Both the position numbers and the translations under genes were made by a program. The notes under the pieces are model-generated. The model was not told the DNA's origin. It saw nothing but the letters and a program-made list of their open reading frames with translations, and did not search any database. A stretch of DNA of 64,000 bases from Gemmatimonas sp. (GTDB lineage: Bacteria > Gemmatimonadota > Gemmatimonadetes > Gemmatimonadales > Gemmatimonadaceae): NCBI GenBank assembly GCA_031414535.1, contig JANNVQ010000014.1, positions 256,001-320,000 on the forward strand, in the 5' to 3' direction. Positions 61,774-64,000 of the stretch are shown here, piece after piece; the stretch's first letter is position 1; every line of letters begins with the position of its first letter.

Positions 61774-61812
61774 TCAGGACGGCGGGATTCGAACCCGCGA
61801 CCCTCTGAGCCC
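61774..61812 (-). other. 3' half of tRNA-Pro (att remnant)
   Basis: Minus strand reads GGGC-TCAGA-GGGTC-GCGGG-TTCGAAT-CCCGC-CGTCCTG-A: perfect T arm, G72/A73 typical of Pro; no 5' half, no CCA. Confidence 0.8.
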
Positions 61813-62126
61813 TATGAAGGTTCCCGAGAATCCGCGAGAAATCCGACGCATCCACAAACTCAATTCGCGCAAGCACTTACGTTGGGCATGACAGCTGTGC
61901 GTGTAGCTGCGCCACCGGCCGCAACCTGGAGTTCGCACACGAATGGCACTCTAAATCACAGATTGTACATATATCGCAAACGGCGTGGCACCCGATGGGA
62001 CGAGGGCTAACCCACGTGCAGCAGGTTAATCTTAGCGTCCCCGCGAGAAATCCTCGACAATCAGCGACCCCGCAGAGCCTTCGATCCGCTCAAAGCAAGC
62101 ACCGTCTTATTGATTGGACCCGAAGT

Positions 62127-63545
62127 TCAATGAAAACGCTCTCCAGCGGGGAGATCGTCCACTTCGATGGTCGACAGCTGCTCATCAGACGGCGAGGCTA
62201 GCGCGGCAAGCCGGTTGGACTGACGCGTCAGGCTTCGCTCAAAGAAGTTCCGCACAAGGCGGCCATTACCGAAATCAGCGCCACGAGTTTCGTGCAGCGC
62301 CGTGAGTAGACTGGTCGCCAGCTCACGTGCGGGAGGTGAGATGTTAATCCGAGCAGAGTCGACCATTCGGGCAAGAATCTCAGTCAGCTCACCTGGCCCG
62401 TAGTCTTCAAAATGCATGAACTTGTTGAAACGCGACTTCAGGCCCGGATTCGACTGCAGAAATTCTGCCATTCGATCCTGATAACCCGCAACGATTACCA
62501 CCAAATCGTCTCGATGGTCCTCCATGAGCTTCAAGAGGGTCTCGATGGCTTCGCGTCCAAAATCGGTGCCCCCTCCGCCGGCACTAAGGCTGTAAGCTTC
62601 GTCAATAAACAGAACGCCTCCACGAGCGCTCTCAACAACCTCGCGCACCTTTAATGCGGTTTGCCCAACATAACCGCCAACAAGCCCACTACGATCAGTC
62701 TCGACGAGGTGTCCGCGCCGCAGGAGTCCGAGAGCACGGTATATCTCGGCCAGCAAACGTGCCACTGTGGTCTTTCCCGTCCCGGGATTTCCGGAGAACA
62801 CTAGGTGCAAGGACACGGGCAACGAGGGAAGTCCACGCTCTTTACGCAAACTGTTGACCCTAATGTGGTTTACGAGCCCCTCGACGTCCTCTTTGATTCT
62901 TGCGAGGCCCACCAGCGCGTTAAGACGCGACATCAGCTCCCCAAGGGTCTGCTGAGGCGGAGCAGCGCCCGCCATCGCCTGCGCTGGCGCCAGTTCATCC
63001 CTGGCTTCGGAGCCACTAGCCGCATAAGCTTCGTCGTCCTCGGAATCGTCGACTGGGAAGGCGGGGACTGACTTCTCAATCAGGTGAAGGCGCATCACGT
63101 GAACGAAGTGCGTGATAGCATCGACCTCGTCAAGGTTCGAGTCGTCAACAGCTGCGAACTTCAATCCAATCTGTTCGAGCACCGTTACGACGCGTGCCGC
63201 CACCGCCGAACCGTTCGCAGCATCGAAGTCGGCTATGTCTTCGACAAGCGATGGCACTCGTGCGAGAAAATCGGGATCTCCCTCGCGCGCGGCGAGAACT
63301 CCTGCGACCACTTCGTGGTATGAGTTGTTCCTTCCGGCAATCTCATTTATCAGCTTGGCTTCAGCGACGGTGATCTCACCATCTGAGGCAAGAACATGGA
63401 AGAGATAATCCGTCATCAAACCGATCGCTGCGTCCTGCGCGTTCGGTGCAGTTCCAAAGCCCTTCCGGTCCACTAGCTCACTCACCTCGACTAGCACAGC
63501 ACCTGCTTGCTTGAACGTGTCGGCCAGTTCGCGGATATCAGACAT
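62127..63545 (-). CDS. AAA+ ATPase of the SpoVK/CbbX type with TerB-like N-terminal domain
   Basis: LVGLARIK, FSGNPGTGKTTVAR, LVGGYVGQT, LFIDEAYSL, NPGLKSRF, FGNGR; N-terminal VLASDGEITVAE; start at ATG 63545 (an upstream start at 63626 is possible). Confidence 0.85.
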   Translation of the reverse strand: MSDIRELADTFKQAGAVLVEVSELVDRKGFGTAPNAQDAAIGLMTDYLFHVLASDGEITVAEAKLINEIAGRNNSYHEVVAGVLAAREGDPDFLARVPSLVEDIADFDAANGSAVAARVVTVLEQIGLKFAAVDDSNLDEVDAITHFVHVMRLHLIEKSVPAFPVDDSEDDEAYAASGSEARDELAPAQAMAGAAPPQQTLGELMSRLNALVGLARIKEDVEGLVNHIRVNSLRKERGLPSLPVSLHLVFSGNPGTGKTTVARLLAEIYRALGLLRRGHLVETDRSGLVGGYVGQTALKVREVVESARGGVLFIDEAYSLSAGGGGTDFGREAIETLLKLMEDHRDDLVVIVAGYQDRMAEFLQSNPGLKSRFNKFMHFEDYGPGELTEILARMVDSARINISPPARELATSLLTALHETRGADFGNGRLVRNFFERSLTRQSNRLAALASPSDEQLSTIEVDDLPAGERFH

Positions 63546-64000
63546 GTGCGTCTCGCTAAGGTTTTTCTTGACCGGCGACCAGTTCACGCCGGCGGGGAGA
63601 ATCAGAGGACGGCGATAAGTATGCACTCCCTCAAACTTCTCACGCTATCACGGTGCCTGCTTACTAACAGTCGGCCTAGGTCACTCTCCCTCCAAACGAC
63701 GAATCTTCCTGAATCTCGGCCTCGGTCATTTCACAGTCGTAGCCTCAGGCCGCCATTCGAAGAAAGCGAAACCCGATTTCGCAGACGGACCTTCGCAACA
63801 GCGCGTTCCCTTTCTGCTGGAACCGCTTCTTTGATCACACTTGAATGAAGTCGACGCCCGGCCCAGTACCTTTGGCAAAAGGGTCAGCTTCTCTTTGGCA
63901 GAAGGCTTGCCCGCGCTGCGCGGCGGATTGTCGACATGCGACGCACAGAGGCTCGCCAAGCCGCTGGGCCTCCGGTTCCTCAGCCGTCCTCAGCGGCTCC

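Larger units (their letters stand above)
47117..61812. mobile_element. Genomic (defence) island between two tRNA-Pro 3'-half direct repeats; no integrase gene visible
   Basis: Two tRNA fragments in the same orientation; switch from housekeeping to defence genes; TGGCAC repeats inside both ends; host intergenic repeats absent. Confidence 0.72.

Noticed and set aside
61774..61812. Functional tRNA gene
   Set aside because: Only anticodon loop to acceptor 3' strand is present; no D arm or 5' acceptor strand
61478..61891. Possible integrase remnant (TRRYVRP) beside the att site
   Set aside because: No HxxR or LGH motifs; similarity too weak, and the ORF runs through the att site
63630..64000. 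Short ORFs and a TCGGCCT(A/C)GGTCA repeat at the right edge
   Set aside because: No recognisable product; cannot be interpreted without the sequence beyond the window

Overview
GC-rich bacterial chromosome segment, probably Gemmatimonadota (inferred from the kinase type, BTAD/Ig-TolB proteins and gene content). Bases 1-47.1 kb are mostly core and metabolic genes: a Ser/Thr kinase, an acyltransferase, queG, flavin oxidoreductases, a CsoR-regulated copZ-cupredoxin-copA operon, a STAND-ATPase/BTAD regulator flanked by two paralogous Ig+TolB lipoproteins, an ECF sigma/ZAS anti-sigma/PDZ operon, rnd, a split xanthine-dehydrogenase-family enzyme, a Gly-rich repeat protein, a GGDEF protein and a sufBCD-sufU-Rieske-sufS operon with an IscR-type box. 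Intergenic spaces here carry two families of short palindromic elements built from 7-bp and 8-bp tandem units. From about 47.1 kb the window is accessory DNA. An apparently integrase-less ~14.7-kb island lies between two 3'-half tRNA-Pro remnants. It carries a three-gene SNF2-DUF3883 / DUF1156 adenine methylase / DUF499 ATPase (with Ig-like domain) restriction-like or BREX-related system, a CoiA-like nuclease and a Gabija pair. Beyond the right att remnant is a TerB-like + SpoVK/CbbX AAA+ fusion, probably belonging to a second, tandem island. All family assignments come from motif recognition by eye; no database search was run.
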